A stretch of DNA of 64,000 nucleotides from the human T2T-CHM13v2.0 reference genome, Homo sapiens, in NCBI RefSeq assembly GCF_009914755.1, contig NC_060944.1, one strand, 5' to 3'. The position numbers were made by a program, and so were the translations under genes. Position 1 is the first letter of the stretch, and the number at the start of each line of letters is the position of its first letter. The notes below the pieces were generated by a model, which saw nothing but the letters and a program-made list of their open reading frames with translations, ran no database searches and was not told the DNA's origin. This document shows positions 14,103 to 32,177 of the stretch, one piece after another.

Positions 14103-14945
14103 CTGGGACACACCAGCAGATGCAGTCACTGCTTAGGGTGAGGAGAGGCCAGGCTGACTGGCCAGTGCCAAGAGTGGAAGGGCCACACCCGATCCCCACC
14201 ACACGGGGTGGGGGACCCCAGCAGGTGAGCTGGACCCCACAGGGGTGACATAGGCTTCCAGCTTCCTCACAAGTCCTCCATGTAGACACTGCACAGACCT
14301 GAGTCCCACCCTACACTCCACACTCACCTGCTGGGAGACTTCCAGCAAGTCACTTAACCTCTCTGAGCCGTGGCCACGAAATGGCAATAACAGCACCAAC
14401 CTCATTGGGTTGTCTCAGGGACGGGCACAACCAAGATCTCAAAAAAACAGTAAGTTCTCCCATACACAACATGCACTTTGTAAGCCAAACTGTGGGTCAC
14501 CAGGTTTTCTAAAGACCAAGTCGAGCTTCTGAAGACCATCAACCCAAACTGCCGCTTCTTCTCTTTATCATGTTAGCAAAAACCTGGAGGAAAACCAGTC
14601 ATCTAATGGGCCCGCTTGAAGCACATGCTTTTAAAATTAAAAGGCAGGTAGCATTGATCGGGGCTAAAATGCTTGTTAAATAATGGCTTACAAAGAACTC
14701 AAATATATTAAAGAGAGATCCAGGCAGTTTCCCCGCATGGAGCAGGGCAGGGCCCCACGAAGCGTGTCCCGCCTCCCTCCCTTGCATTCCTGCACGCTGG
14801 ATTTAGGCCAGGCACCAGAGACACGGCAGTAAACAAGACGAGGACCCTCCCCTCAGGGAACACACAATCTATGGGATGGGATGACAATAAGCAAGTCAAT
14901 AATCTGGTTCAACCCCAACATTTTTACAGCTTAAAGAAATTAGGG

Positions 14946-15412
<467 letters not shown>

Positions 15413-15496
15413 AAAGAAATTAGGGCTCCAAGAGAATGATTTATGCCAAATTTTCCCAAAGGCATACCATATGCCAAGGACTATCTTTAACTACTA

Positions 15497-15845
<349 letters not shown>

Positions 15846-15999
15846 ACCAGACTTGTAAAGTCCCTGTCTTCAAAAATATTTTATTCCCGAAAGGAGATGG
15901 ATAAGATGAATGTTAAAAAAAATATATGAACAGGGTCAAGTTTATATTCTTCTGGCCTCTCCAGATTCAACTCCTAGACATATTTTTTGGCCCCAAATG

Positions 16000-16300
16000 G
16001 TAGCACGCGATGACAGTGACAAATGCAATGAACAAAGTGAAATGGTGTGATGGATGGAAAGTGAGAAGGAGCCTTAGACAGGTGGTCCAGGAAGACTTCT
16101 TGGAGGACGTGGCTTTTGAGCTGAGACCCAAAAGAAGCGAGGGAATGGGCCATGGGGCTCTGTGGGTAAAGAGAGTTCCAGGCAGACAGAACGGCAAGTG
16201 CAAAGGCCTTCAACAACAGTGAACCCAGTGTGCCCAGAAATGACATCAGAATGGCTCGCATAGGATGAGGGATGGTGGAAGGAGTGACTGGGAGGCAGGC
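16000..16300. mobile_element. L2 fragment
   Basis: ttttgagctgagaccca...gttccaggcagacagaacggcaagtgcaaaggcc; similar L2 pieces near 26150-26400, 47760-48240, 57050-57200. Confidence 0.7.
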
Positions 16301-16340
16301 GGGGCTGCAAAGGCAATGGAAAGGTCCCAGAACAACTTAC

Positions 16341-16424
16341 TTCAAAGTCCTGATACTGCTCCTCTGCAAGAGACTTCTTTGCCACCACGAGCACCCGCAG
16401 CCCTTCTCGGGCCATGTTGCCACA
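16341..16424 (-). CDS. ATP9A: ATP9A coding exon (~17), 84 nt: [12 protein letters not shown]...YQDFE
   Basis: acceptor tttcag, donor GAA|gtaag; EGLR motif. Confidence 0.97.
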
Positions 16425-16619
16425 CTGAAAAATAGACCACGGTCGAGTGGGAGCGGTGCTGAGAGCTCCTGACCTCACTGGGGAAGGACCAGTGCCCAAG
16501 TGGATGTGCCCCTCCCACAGGGTCAGAGAAAATGGCAAATCAGAAAGTTGCTTTCCCCTACGGCAATCCTCCCTGGAGCAAGCTTTCTATAGGGGAAGTT
16601 GCAGAGAGGCAGCCGGTGA

Positions 16620-16951
16620 GCCAAACACAGCCCACCCACAGGTCGTCTTCAACTAGCACATGTATGTTTCCAAATTTAAGTCAACATTGTGCGGTCTCAC
16701 ACACAAATCTGGACTGCTGAATGGGTGGAAAAACTGAGCATCTGACAAAACCAGGTACATTTTCCCAAATAACCACAATCAATGATGGCTGAGGAGCAGT
16801 GGCCTCCACGTGTTCCCAGGAAGTGGAGGTGTCAAGTGAAGAACACTCCAGCACGTTTTACACGCAAAGTGCAACTCTGCTCAAAATCACAACCTGTTTG
16901 TTCATTTGCATTAACTGCCAGGCCCCTGTAGGCATTTGAGTTTGCAACCCT
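16620..16951. mobile_element. MER102-like hAT fragment
   Basis: ends cctgtaggcatttgagtttgcaaccct; related opposite-orientation pieces near 29500-29740 and 35335-35590. Confidence 0.55.
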
Positions 16952-17067
16952 CAAACTGAGAATCTTATGCAAAATGTAAATTCCCCCTAGAGCTAAGAGA
17001 TGGGACAAAAATGGCCTGAAAACTGCCTCCCTCCTGCTGCTGGCCAACTGTCCACGTCACAAACTGG

Positions 17068-17639
17068 GTTGTGCAGCCTCTGATGTGGCCCCTCCTGGAA
17101 CTCACATTCTGGTATAATCGCCTACCCTTTGAGTGTGTGCTGGACCTAGTGACTTGTCCCTAACAAACAGAATGGGCAAGAGTGAGGGGATGTCACATCT
17201 GAGATCAGGTTAGTAAAGACAGTGACTTCCATCTTGTTTGCCCTCTCCTGTTCCATCACCTGCTCTCTTTGTTGAAGCTAGTTGCCAGGCTGTGAGTGGC
17301 CCTATGGGAGAGGCCCACCTGCAAGGAATAGAGGGCGGCCTCTGGCCAACAGTTGGCAACAACCTGAGACCCTTAGTTCAACAGTCCAAAAGTAGCTGAA
17401 TGCAGCCCACAACAACTGAGCTTGCTCACAAATGGATCCTGCCCTGGTCAAGTCTTGAGATGAGACCACAGCCCCAGCCAACATCTGAATTACGGCCAGT
17501 GGGAGGCCCTGAAGCAGAGGATGCAGTTCAGCCACACCAGCATCCCTGACCCACAGAAACCATTATATATTAAATGGGTGCTGCTTTAAGCAGCTGCATT
17601 TCAGGGTGGTTTGTTACACAGCCACCGATAACAAATACA
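17068..17639 (+). mobile_element. MLT1F-like MaLR solo LTR
   Basis: ggacctagtgacttg...ttgttacacagc...aaataca end. Confidence 0.75.
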
Positions 17640-17720
17640 GAGACCCACCTTACCATGCAAGGGGCTGCCTCTGCAGAACATGCTTCCAAGGCCTGGTTTA
17701 ACTTCCTGCATCACACTTAC

Positions 17721-17813
17721 CTCTTCCTCCAACCAGTCATTGTACTGCACAATGCCAGCCATGACCACATCTGCTCCCTTCATGTAAAACGTAATTTCTC
17801 CAGTTGATTCATC
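17721..17813 (-). CDS. ATP9A: ATP9A coding exon (~16), 93 nt: [15 protein letters not shown]...WLEEE
   Basis: acceptor ctctag, donor GAG|gtaag; KGAD motif. Confidence 0.97.
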
Positions 17814-18187
17814 CTAGAGAGGGAGGCCGGAAGGAATGAGAAACTGAAAGGAACACCCTCTTTCAGCGGCAAAGCCCGCTTCCCATGACAGACAGTGTAC
17901 AAAGTGCACTTAACAGACACCAATGTTTTTTCACTTGGCTGAAGATGAAAAGCGAGAAGGGGCCTCATTTAGGGGCAAAGGCTACAGAAAGTAAAAGGAA
18001 AACTCAAAGCACTTGGAAGATTTTCAATGATGAAAGAAAGATCAAATGGATTTAAGACCTTTGTTTTGAAAGTTATTACTATTTCAACTGGAATAGACTC
18101 ACATGCTATGATTTTAGATTTACACTTGGGACTGCAGATATCATCAAACTGTGGTCCACTGAAAGAATAGGGAAGATAAGGACTAGA

Positions 18188-18400
18188 ACAGGGAGTCTCA
18201 ACCTCGTCACTGTGAACATTTGGGGCCAGATAACTCTTTGCTCTGCAGGGCCCCTCCTGTGCACTGTACAATGTTGAGCAGCATCCCTGGCCCCTACGCA
18301 CTAGATGCCAGTCATACACCCTCCATGGTGACAACCAGAATGTCTCTAGACTTTAGCAAATGTCTCCTGGGGGCAAACTGACTGTCTCAGCTGAGAATAA
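18188..18400 (-). mobile_element. MER20
   Basis: reverse complement of recalled MER20 consensus. Confidence 0.8.
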
Positions 18401-18729
18401 TTCCAGATCCCTAAGTCTAACTAAGGACTTGCCTAGAGATCCAATTACCCAGAGTTTCAGTTCACCCTAACCAGATTTTCTGGGTAGTGGGTAGCACCAT
18501 GGCACAGGCATCAAATGCTTGGACCAAGTACCAGTTTCTAGTTGTGTGCAGCTGGACAAGCTACTCCTCTTCCCTAAACCTCAGTTTTCTCATCTGTAAA
18601 ACAGGAATCAAGCATGTAGCACAGAGACTGACACATGGAAAGGACCCCTCAGTGGTATAACTGCTGCTGGGATGAGAGTGATTTCCCAAGTCCCCCAGCC
18701 ATACTGTACATAGAGAACAAGGCTCAGCC

Positions 18730-18942
18730 CAGTACTCTCAACAGGGCAATGTGGCCCTCCAGGAGACATGTGGCAATGTCTGGAGACACTCTAGGTGTCA
18801 CAACGCAGGCAATGTCCTACTAGCATCTGACGGGTGGAGGCCAGGGGTGCTGCTCACCCTCCTACATCACACAGGACGCCCCCAACCACCACCAGGAACT
18901 CCTCCAGCCCTAAAAGTCAACAGTGCTGAGACTGAGAAGTCC
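18730..18942 (+). mobile_element. MER20
   Basis: tggcaatgtctggagaca...ggccagggg..tgct...gtcaacagtgctgagactgagaa. Confidence 0.8.
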
Positions 18943-19134
18943 TAGCTCTGAGGAATGACGGCGCAGCCACAGATCCTTCCCCCATTTTCCCCCAATGATT
19001 CGCGTCACTGGGAGGTGGGAGGCAGTAAAGACAAGCAAGAAAACTGAGCATGGCCATCAATACCTTGTGCCTAAATTTTGCTACTCCAGGAAGCCCAGAA
19101 TAAATGCCCGGAAAGTCTTCATTGAATATGGAAC

Positions 19135-19892
<758 letters not shown>

Positions 19893-20784
19893 GAAATATC
19901 CAAAATCAGATTAGTGGTAGAGTTTCCTCTTTTAGAATAACTTTCAAATGCCCCTTAATCACCGACAATCTTTTAGAACAACATGCTGACTCATAAGAGC
20001 ACCCCCAGGCCAAGACAGGCACCCACGTTTAAAAGCGTTCAACTGCACACTTTATCTCTGATAGACTGTGGCTATGCCTGCTCTTGACGCAGGCCAAAGA
20101 GAGCTGTGGGGTCTGCACATTAAAGAATCAGAGGTTTTATTTTTTCCTTCCCCCCGACAACCAAAGGGTGCTCAACAACATGTGGCTGTAGGAAATGATG
20201 CTCCCAGCCCAGTTTCCTCACTAAGAAAAGGGCTTGAGTGAGTTCAGAAGTTCTGTCCAATATAAATACCGCATCAACGATCCCCTCCCATGAGTCACTT
20301 CCTCCCACGGAGTTCATCACAAGTTTATTTCGTTCCCATATTATGGCAAGATTACGCCATAAATTTACAGAGATCGGCCGGCTGTGTGGCATTGTTTGGG
20401 GGCCTCATCTTTTCCCACCGTGGTCTGCATCTGGCACCTGCTCAAAGGCCTCTTTTAGTCCAGCAATGACAGCGCTACGATGATCTACAGCCACGATCCA
20501 AACCCGTGGCTCCACGTGGGAAGGGGGAGAAGGCACTGGAACATCTTGTACGCCACAAAAACAAAACAGGGACACAACCTTCCTGCAAAAAGACATCACA
20601 CGAGTCCTTCTCCAACCTTGCCTGATTTCTTAAGAGACAGACATTCACACAAGGAAATGGCCTTGCTTTGTGGGTGCAAGAAGGTGCCATCTTGCACTGT
20701 GCGTGCACTCACACATGTTTAAAAAAGAGACAGGGGAGACCCAAACTGGGGCTGTCCACAGTCACTAAACCAAGTCAAGAGAAT

Positions 20785-21117
20785 TTTTCTTTTTTTTCTT
20801 ATTCTTTTTTCTTTTTCTTTATTTTTTTGAGACAGGGTCTTGCTGTGTTGCCCAGGCTAGAGCGCAATGGCACAATCACGACTCACTACAGCCTCGACCT
20901 CCTGGACTCGAGTGACCTCAACCTGGACCTCCTGACCTCAACCTTCCCAGTAGCTGGGACTACAGGTGTGCACCACCATGCCCAGCTAATTTTTTTGCTT
21001 TTAGTAGAGGTGGAGTCTGGCAATGATGCCCAGGCTGGACTGAAACTCGTGGGCTCAAGTGATCCTCCTGCCTTGGCCTCCCAAAGTATTACAGGCGGGA
21101 GCCACCGTACCAAGCCT
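20785..21117 (-). mobile_element. Alu (J-type) with small internal duplication
   Basis: Alu consensus; repeated gacctcctg segment. Confidence 0.9.
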
Positions 21118-21211
21118 AGGAGAAGTTTTATAACTGAACTAAAACTTCCTCACATCAGATAACTGGACAGTCATTTGCATAGAGCATTTGGGTTATATGA
21201 ACACATCATAA

Positions 21212-21380
21212 CAGGGTTTCTCAGGCCCTTCCTCAGGTGGGGGCTGTCCTGTGCATTGCAGGATGCTGAGCGGCATCCCTGCTCTCCACCTATGACATGC
21301 CAGTAGCACTCTCAGCCTCTGGTTGTGACAACCACAAATGTTGCCAGACATTCTCGAATGCCCCCAGGATGAGAACCATC
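21212..21380 (-). mobile_element. MER20 (internally deleted)
   Basis: cagggtttctca...ctgtcctgtgcattgcaggatg...gttgtgacaacc...gagaacca. Confidence 0.75.
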
Positions 21381-21568
21381 ACATTAGAGGAGTGTGGTGA
21401 GGTTTGTGCCAAGGGGAGAACTAGTCCAAAAGCCCCAGAGGCCCAGTTCCACCAACCCAACCAAAGATAAAGAGGTCAGAAAATGAGAAAAAAATAGCAA
21501 AATAATACTTATTTCATTAAAGACAACCTCACCAAGATGGACATTCACAGCACTATTTTTAGTAGTCA

Positions 21569-21932
<364 letters not shown>

Positions 21933-22204
21933 TTAATGAATGAAATAGTGGCACATTCTTTCAACAGAACACTGCACATGCGTTAAAAATCATTAAAATC
22001 AGATTTTAATAATACGAAAAAATTCTCATCGTATACATATAGTTCAATGAGGGAGGAAGTTTAGGAAGCCTTCTATGGAGTTCAGTGATAATTTTATGAA
22101 AATGTGTGTGGATATTTACACTCGGATATGCTTAGAAAAGAGACTGAAAGGAAATCCCTTGAAAAGGTAAAAGGTCTTTTGTTGGGTGAAAATGGAGATG
22201 AACT

Positions 22205-22490
22205 GGTCAGGCACGGTGGCTCACGCCTGTAATCCCAGTACTTAGGGAGGTTGAAGCGGGAGGACAGCTTGAAGCCAGAAGTTTGAGACCAGCCTGTGCA
22301 ACACAGAGAGACTTTGGCTCTACAAAAAATTTAAAACTTAGCTGGGTGTGGCAGTGCATACCTGTAGTCCCAGCTACTTAAGAGGCAGAGGCAGGAGGAT
22401 CCCTTGAGTCCAGCAGGTCAAGGCTGCAATGAGCCATGTTCATACCACTGCACTCCAGCCTAGGTAACAGAGTGAGACTCTGTCTTGAGA
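22205..22490 (+). mobile_element. Alu (J-type)
   Basis: Alu consensus. Confidence 0.9.
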
Positions 22491-22682
22491 AAGAAAGAAA
22501 AGAAGAGAAAAGAAAAAAAGGGAGGGAGGCAAAAAAAAGAAAGAAAGAAAGGACAGAAGAAGGGAAAGAGGGAGAGGGAGAGAGACAGAAAGAGGGAAGG
22601 AAGGGAGGGAGAAAGGAAGGAAGGAAGGAAAAGAGGGAGGGAGGGAGGAAGAAAGGGAGGGAGGGAGAGAGAGAGGGAGGGC
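22489..22682 (+). repeat. GA-rich purine tract derived from the Alu tail
   Basis: ~190 bp almost purely A/G. Confidence 0.9.
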
Positions 22683-23314
22683 AGTTTTGATCCCCCTCTT
22701 TACCTGTAACTTTTTGTTCTAAATGTCTTAACTGTGAATGTTTTTTAATAACCTGGGAAGGGGGGCATGCCAGGTTAAAACAAAAATAGATCTGCCCATC
22801 TGACAGCATCACAGACTCTAAGCACAGAGTCCCTGTTCTTCCTGCTGGAAGACACACGAGCCACATCTCAAAAAAATATAACATGTCCTTCACAACTAGC
22901 TGAAGAGTGGCGTATGCCATTCACTTCTTCTAGGATGGCTGACATTAGGGACTGCTCAATGATAAGTCAACCCTCAAATGACCCTAGCAGAGCCCACAGC
23001 CCTACGTCTTGAACAACTTCAGACTGGAACAAAATTAAAATAATTCGATAGGAGATAATGACACTCATTCCCCAGGAAACACCCCACCCACAGGATCTAT
23101 GCTGCTGCTTCCAGACCACAGATGTTCTTGACATCAGATGCACACTCAAGATACGGTTTAGAAGCCAGGGATCCAGCCAGGTGTGGACCAGTGGGAAAAG
23201 CAGCAGCTGTGTGGGAGAGAAAGCTCCCTCTCCACCCAAGAGTTGCCAAGGACACAGGTCCTGCAGAGTCTGAAAGAACCTATTGGCCTCTGGACATAAA
23301 AATCCCCTAACATA

Positions 23315-23649
<335 letters not shown>

Positions 23650-24211
23650 TCATGGTGTGCGTCTCTGGTTCCTCAATACAAGTGCTCAGTGCCACCTCCA
23701 TCTCCTCCTGGGCAGGAAGTCTTCAAAGTGGCTCGCAATGCCCCCCACCTCCTGGTACTCATGCTGTGTGTCAGCCACCCCCCCTGGAGTGGAGCTGGGC
23801 CTAGTGACTTGCTTCTGATAACAGCATGAGGCTGACGTGAGGGGAGGTCACCTCTGACAGTGGGTGACAGAAGACTGTGACTGCCATCTCATTCACTCTC
23901 ACCTGCTCACTCTGAACAGGTAGCTGACAGGGGAGCTGACTACAGGGAGGCCCTCGTGGGAAGGCACTGAGGGTGGCCTCTGGCCAACAGCCAGGAAAGA
24001 ACTAAGGCCCTCAGTCCAACAACCCACCCAGAGCCAAACTCTGCCAACAACACTGACGTCTGTATGTGGGTCCTACCACCATAGAATCTTAGACCCCTTG
24101 AGCCCAGGCTGTGAGAGACCCTGAGCCAGAGGACCCAGCCAAGCCTGCCACAGAAATTGTCCTGGCCACAAAAACCATCAGATAGCAAATAGAAAACAGA
24201 GCCCCCAGTTA

Positions 24212-25202
<991 letters not shown>

Positions 25203-25582
25203 CATATTGCTGTTTTAAGCCACTAAATGTGGGGCAATCTGTTATGAAGCAATACGTAGTTAATATCCCACCCTAACATTACTGTGGGTCTTTTGTGAGC
25301 TTTTCGATGTCCCTCTCGTCACACCCCAGCCCTAACCCCCAAGTCCTGGGGTAGAGAGCTGGGAGCTGGAAGCCAGGCAGCCTGGAGTGAGTTCCAGCCC
25401 CACTAATTCCAGCTGTGTGAACTTGGACAGGTTTCCCAGCTCCCCTCAATTCCAGCTGTGTGAACTTGAACGGTTTCTGAGCCTCCTTCCACTTCAATTT
25501 TCTCCCCTGCCAAACATCAGTCCTAATGGTACCTACCTCACATGGTTATGTATTAAATGAGTTACTTCATGCAAATCACTTA

Positions 25583-25940
<358 letters not shown>

Positions 25941-26489
25941 CTATTACCATTTCTACTACTATCCCAGAGCTGCCCATGGCACTAAAGCTACACGGTAAAT
26001 GATCAAGGAGAAGAGTGGTGCAAAGATAGGAGGGCGAGAAAAAGCTGTGAGTTGTTTATTTTAAGTATCTTATTTGATAACTTCCCTAACATTAAAAAAA
26101 AAAAAAAAAAAAAAAAAAAGACAACTGGCTATCACTGTTGAATCCTGCTCACTTCGGCACTGACTGTGAGTCTACCGTGTGCCAGGCAGGAAAGCTAGGC
26201 ACAGGAGACACGGGAGGACCAAAAGGATCCTGGCCCCTGTTCTAACCCACAGGGAGAAGACAGGTGGTGACAAGCAAACCCGCAGGAAATCAAGAATTTC
26301 AGTGTGATGAATGCTACGGAAGAAGAACGAGATGCTGTAAGAGGTGGTCTGAATTCAAGGAACCTGTAAGGCTGAAGGAGAAGTTCACAAGCCAAGCCTT
26401 AGCTGAAAATACTCCGCCAGCAGGCAGGGGGCAGGGCCATGTGCCCAACAACCTATGTTATCAATTTCTACTTCTACTTGTGCACTCTG

Positions 26490-26858
26490 TTTTTTTTTTT
26501 TTTATTTCCAAAGGTTTTTGGGGAACACATGGTGTTTGGTTATATGAGTAAGTTTTTTAACAGTGATTTATGAGATTTTCGTGCACCCATCACCTGAGCA
26601 GTATACACTGAACCCAACTTGTAGTCTTTTATCCCTCACCGTCCTCCCACCCTTTCAGCCCCCTGACTCGCCAAAGTCCATTGTATTATTCTTAAGCCTT
26701 TGCTTCCTCATAGCTTAGCTCCCTCTTATGAGTGAGAACATACGACATTTGGCTTTCCATTCCTGAGTTATTTCACTTAGATAATAGTCCCCAGTCCCAA
26801 CCAGTTTGCAGCGAATGCCATTAATTCATTCCTTTCCATGGCTAAGTAGCATTTCATC

Positions 26859-26930
<72 letters not shown>

Positions 26931-27032
26931 ATAGTTCCTTTATCCACTTGTTGACTGATGAGTATTTGGGCTGGTTCCATATCTTTGCAATTGCAAATTG
27001 TGCTGCTATAAAAATGCATGTGCAAGTATCTC
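26490..27032 (-). mobile_element. L1PB-like 3' fragment
   Basis: poly-T then tttttggggaaca...gtgcacccatcacctgagcagtatacactg...atgagtgagaacatacg. Confidence 0.85.
26861..26926. repeat. (TA)33 uninterrupted microsatellite
   Basis: counted directly. Confidence 0.95.
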
Positions 27033-27383
27033 TTTCCTCCATGAGGCATGAAACACTTGGGTAGATCAGGGTGGAGAGGATTCTCATTTGTCAAGGAAAA
27101 AAAAAAAAAAAGTCCAGAAAAGATGAAAGAGCCTTATTCCAAAGATCCTTAAGATCTGAAGGAGAGTTTTCTGCAACGAAGCTAAATGATGTGAGGAACC
27201 ACCCCACTCCAACATAGGTGTGGGACTGAACCAAGGAATCGGTATTTTCAAAGCTCCCTGGGAAAAATCAGACAATCATGCAGACTGCAGAACAACCAGA
27301 CCAAGTGGCATATGAACACCAGATTTTCCAGCCTCCCCACGACGGAAAGTGTGATCTCCGTGGGTAAAAAGAGAAAACAGAGG

Positions 27384-27580
27384 GATGGGCACAGTGGCTC
27401 ACACCCGTAATTCCAGCACTTTGGGAGTCCCAGGCAGGAGAATCGGTTGAGGCCAGGAGTTTGAGACCAGCCTGGGCAGCACAGTGAAACCCTGTATCTA
27501 TAAAAAATTAAAAAATGAGTCAGCCCTGGTTTTGCAAGCCTGTAGTCCTAGCTACTCGGGAGGCTGAGGTGGGAGGACTC
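27384..27580 (+). mobile_element. Alu (J-type), 3' part missing
   Basis: left arm plus start of right arm. Confidence 0.85.
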
Positions 27581-28145
27581 TTATAAATACATTCTTTTAA
27601 TAAGAATTTAAAAATTAAAAATTTTTAAAAGAGCCAGTAGAAAAACAACATATCAAATCCAATCAGACTCTTCAGACTGGCAAAATTTTTTAACGTGCCC
27701 GGCCACAAGGTTTCTTTTTTCATCATTTTGATGAAAATGTTTTGAAACATGAGGGAAGTGGTGGCTGAGCAACACTGTGAATGGACTAAATGCCACTGAA
27801 GTTTTCACTTTAAAATGATTGTATTATGTGAATTTCACCTCAATAAAAAAATACCATGTTCAATATTAAACAAAAGAGAATGAGAGATGTATTACCAAGA
27901 AATCCCCAATGGACGTTCTCTTTAACTTTCACTCCAGAACCAGGGACACCATAAGCGGATCAGAGTTACGGGGTGTGTCCAATGAATGAACTAATTTCCT
28001 TTCTGCTTAGGGAATTATATTCCCTCGTTAGTCTGGGTGACAGATACCACAGTAAAGAGGGTTAGAAAGAATGTCAACCCACAGGGACACACGCAGCACA
28101 CCTGGGGTACTTAAGCACTTTAAGCCATGAATAAAAACGACTCAC

Positions 28146-28307
28146 CCGCACGATGATGCCCATACGTTTGCTTTCATAGGTGAAAGGGAAGATCTGTAGG
28201 ATGGTGAAGTTCAGGATCTGGTCGCCAGGGGTCCTCAGCTGCATGGAAGACTGGTCTCGGCCCACCAGGGTTAAGCCCACACTTTCCGTCCACTGTACCA
28301 GGGCCAC
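28146..28307 (-). CDS. ATP9A: ATP9A coding exon (~15), 162 nt: VALVQWTES...[15 protein letters not shown]
   Basis: acceptor gtttag, donor CGG|gtgag; KRM motif. Confidence 0.97.
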
Positions 28308-28485
28308 CTAAACATAACACAGGGTCGAAGGTCAGATGCCCAGCCGAGAATCTGGGTTCACAGGCTGTGCCATGAACACAAAGGCAGAAGGGGGCTCAGA
28401 GACAGGGGAATCACAGTAGTCACTGCCCTTAGGGACGCCAAGTGCTCTGTGCTGGCCCATGACAGTGTCTGTTCCTCTGGGTCTA

Positions 28486-28938
<453 letters not shown>

Positions 28939-29071
28939 TTACGGATCACTCCTGGAAGTATCTGCAACAAGCTAAACAATAAAAAAAAGAAGGAAGAGAA
29001 TGCTGACTGACACAGCCCTTCGCCTTCAGGCTCTCCTTTCAGCCTCACACACTGCACTGGGGGAGTGTCTT

Positions 29072-29280
29072 CAGTGGTTCTCAACTGGGTGATTCTGTCC
29101 CCCAGGGGACCCGCGGCAACATCTGGGGGAATCTGTACTTGTCACAACTGGAAGGAGGTAATGCTGGTATCCAGTGGGCAGAGGCCAGGGATGCTACAAA
29201 ACGTCCCGTAACACACAGGACATACCACACCAGAGACTGATCTGGCCCCAAATGTCAATAGTGCTGAGGTGGAGAACACG
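29072..29280 (+). mobile_element. MER20
   Basis: cagtggttctcaactgggtgatt...ggccagggatgcta...gtcaatagtgctgaggtggagaa. Confidence 0.85.
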
Positions 29281-29746
29281 GGTCCACACAGAAGAGGAAA
29301 CCAAGGCTCAGAGCAGTTAATGAAGTTGCCCAAGGTGACAGCGCTGGCATGTGGCAAAGCTAGGCCAGACTGGCACCTGGATCCGCCTGGTGTAAAGTTC
29401 CACAGCACACACTCTTCCCTTCCAAGAGTCATCGCACGGGTGTCAAGTCAGAACCTTCTCATGGCCTCAGCCAGACATACTCAGCTTAAGGTCAAAGGCA
29501 TGAGGGTTGCAAACTCCAAGACAGGGGCCAGAGTGTTGATACAAATAGCAAAGAGGGCTGAGTGGGGGCTGTGGCAAGCAGGAGCCCAGCCCCAGCCAAA
29601 GGAGGCTGCTGCCACTATACACACAGGTGGCAGTTACTGCCCTGCAGGGACTAGGGCCAGGGTGGATGGAGCTTCCAGTTTCTCAAGAAAAAACAGAAAT
29701 TTAGACTTCTCCCCGAGACGGCCTAACTTTTAAATGTAAGCAATTG

Positions 29747-30660
<914 letters not shown>

Positions 30661-30950
30661 GATAAAAAACACTTCCAGTGGAGGTGATGCCTCCCAAGTA
30701 CCCCTCTCCCTATCACCTACCTGCAGCCCCTGTCAACACCCTCCTAAAACCTGCCTCCCCTACTCCCCCTAAAGATTAAGCTTTATGAGAGGAAAGTGGG
30801 AGGGCCTTCCTTTTCTTCTTTCTTGATTTTTTGTAGACACTGTACCTTTGGACTTGGATGGGAATAAAGTGACAGCTTGTTTGGCATTGAAGTTGGAAGC
30901 CCTCCTGTATTCCTTTCCTGTTGTTGCTGTACCAAATTACTGTGCATCTG

Positions 30951-31285
<335 letters not shown>

Positions 31286-31408
31286 TGAAACAAATAGATT
31301 TTCTTACAGTTCTATAGATCAGGGGTGGACATGGGATGAGGGTCTCACTGAGACAGGATCAAGGTCGCTTGATCACCATTGCTGCATTGCTGCGGAGGCT
31401 CTAGGGGA

Positions 31409-31563
31409 GCACCTGTAGTCCCAGCTACTGGAGAGGCTGAGATGGGAAGATTGATTCAGCCTGGGAGGCAGAGGCTACAGTAAGCTGAGACCATGCCACT
31501 GCACTCTAGCCTGGGTGACTGAGTGAGACTCTGTCTCAAAAAAAAAAAAAAAAAAAAAAAAAA
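31409..31563 (+). mobile_element. Alu right-arm fragment
   Basis: Alu right arm plus poly-A. Confidence 0.88.
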
Positions 31564-32177
31564 CCTGGCGTTCCTCTTGAGTTCCCATTCCTTTTACCAA
31601 GAGAGCTCTGCAGAAGCCACAAGGCAAAGGTATGCAGCTCTCCACCCCTAGTCCTTTCTTTCTCTGGAACCCCTGGATGTCATCTTGGCTGACCTGCTAT
31701 ACCCCGAAGAAGAGATCAAGCTGGAGCTCAAAACTGGGGTTCCAGTCCCCGCTCTGTCCCCAGCCCCCAGCCCCCACAGGCCTCTGCAAAATAAAGATCT
31801 TGGAGTAGATGACTATTTCTCATTTCTGCTCCAGCTCTGAAAATGTATCTTTATGCATCCTTAGTCTACCATGCTCGGATATCGAGTTCAGTTTCTGTTG
31901 CTTCTATTAACTAAATTTACATTAGCAAGAAATTATTTTTCAAGACTCTCCCTTATTTAAGTTCAAGTCATAATGAGTCAGCCAGCACTAACGAGCTTTG
32001 AGCTTTGACCAATGGAAGAAACTGTCATACTGACCTCTACCTTTCAAAGAAAGGACCAATCAAGTAGTGGGTTTTTCTGTTTTTATTTTGTGTTTTTTTA
32101 GTTTTAGTTTTTGGCTACTGGCCTGCCTAAGTCTTTGAAAACTCATTCACTTAGTTATTTGTTTAATTTAATGGCTA

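Noticed and set aside
25405-25482. ~43-bp tandem duplication aattccagctgtgtgaacttg
   Set aside because: Ordinary slippage duplication inside a MIR, far from splice sites
26145-26160. U6-like 5' words (tgctcacttcggca)
   Set aside because: Similarity stops after ~14 nt
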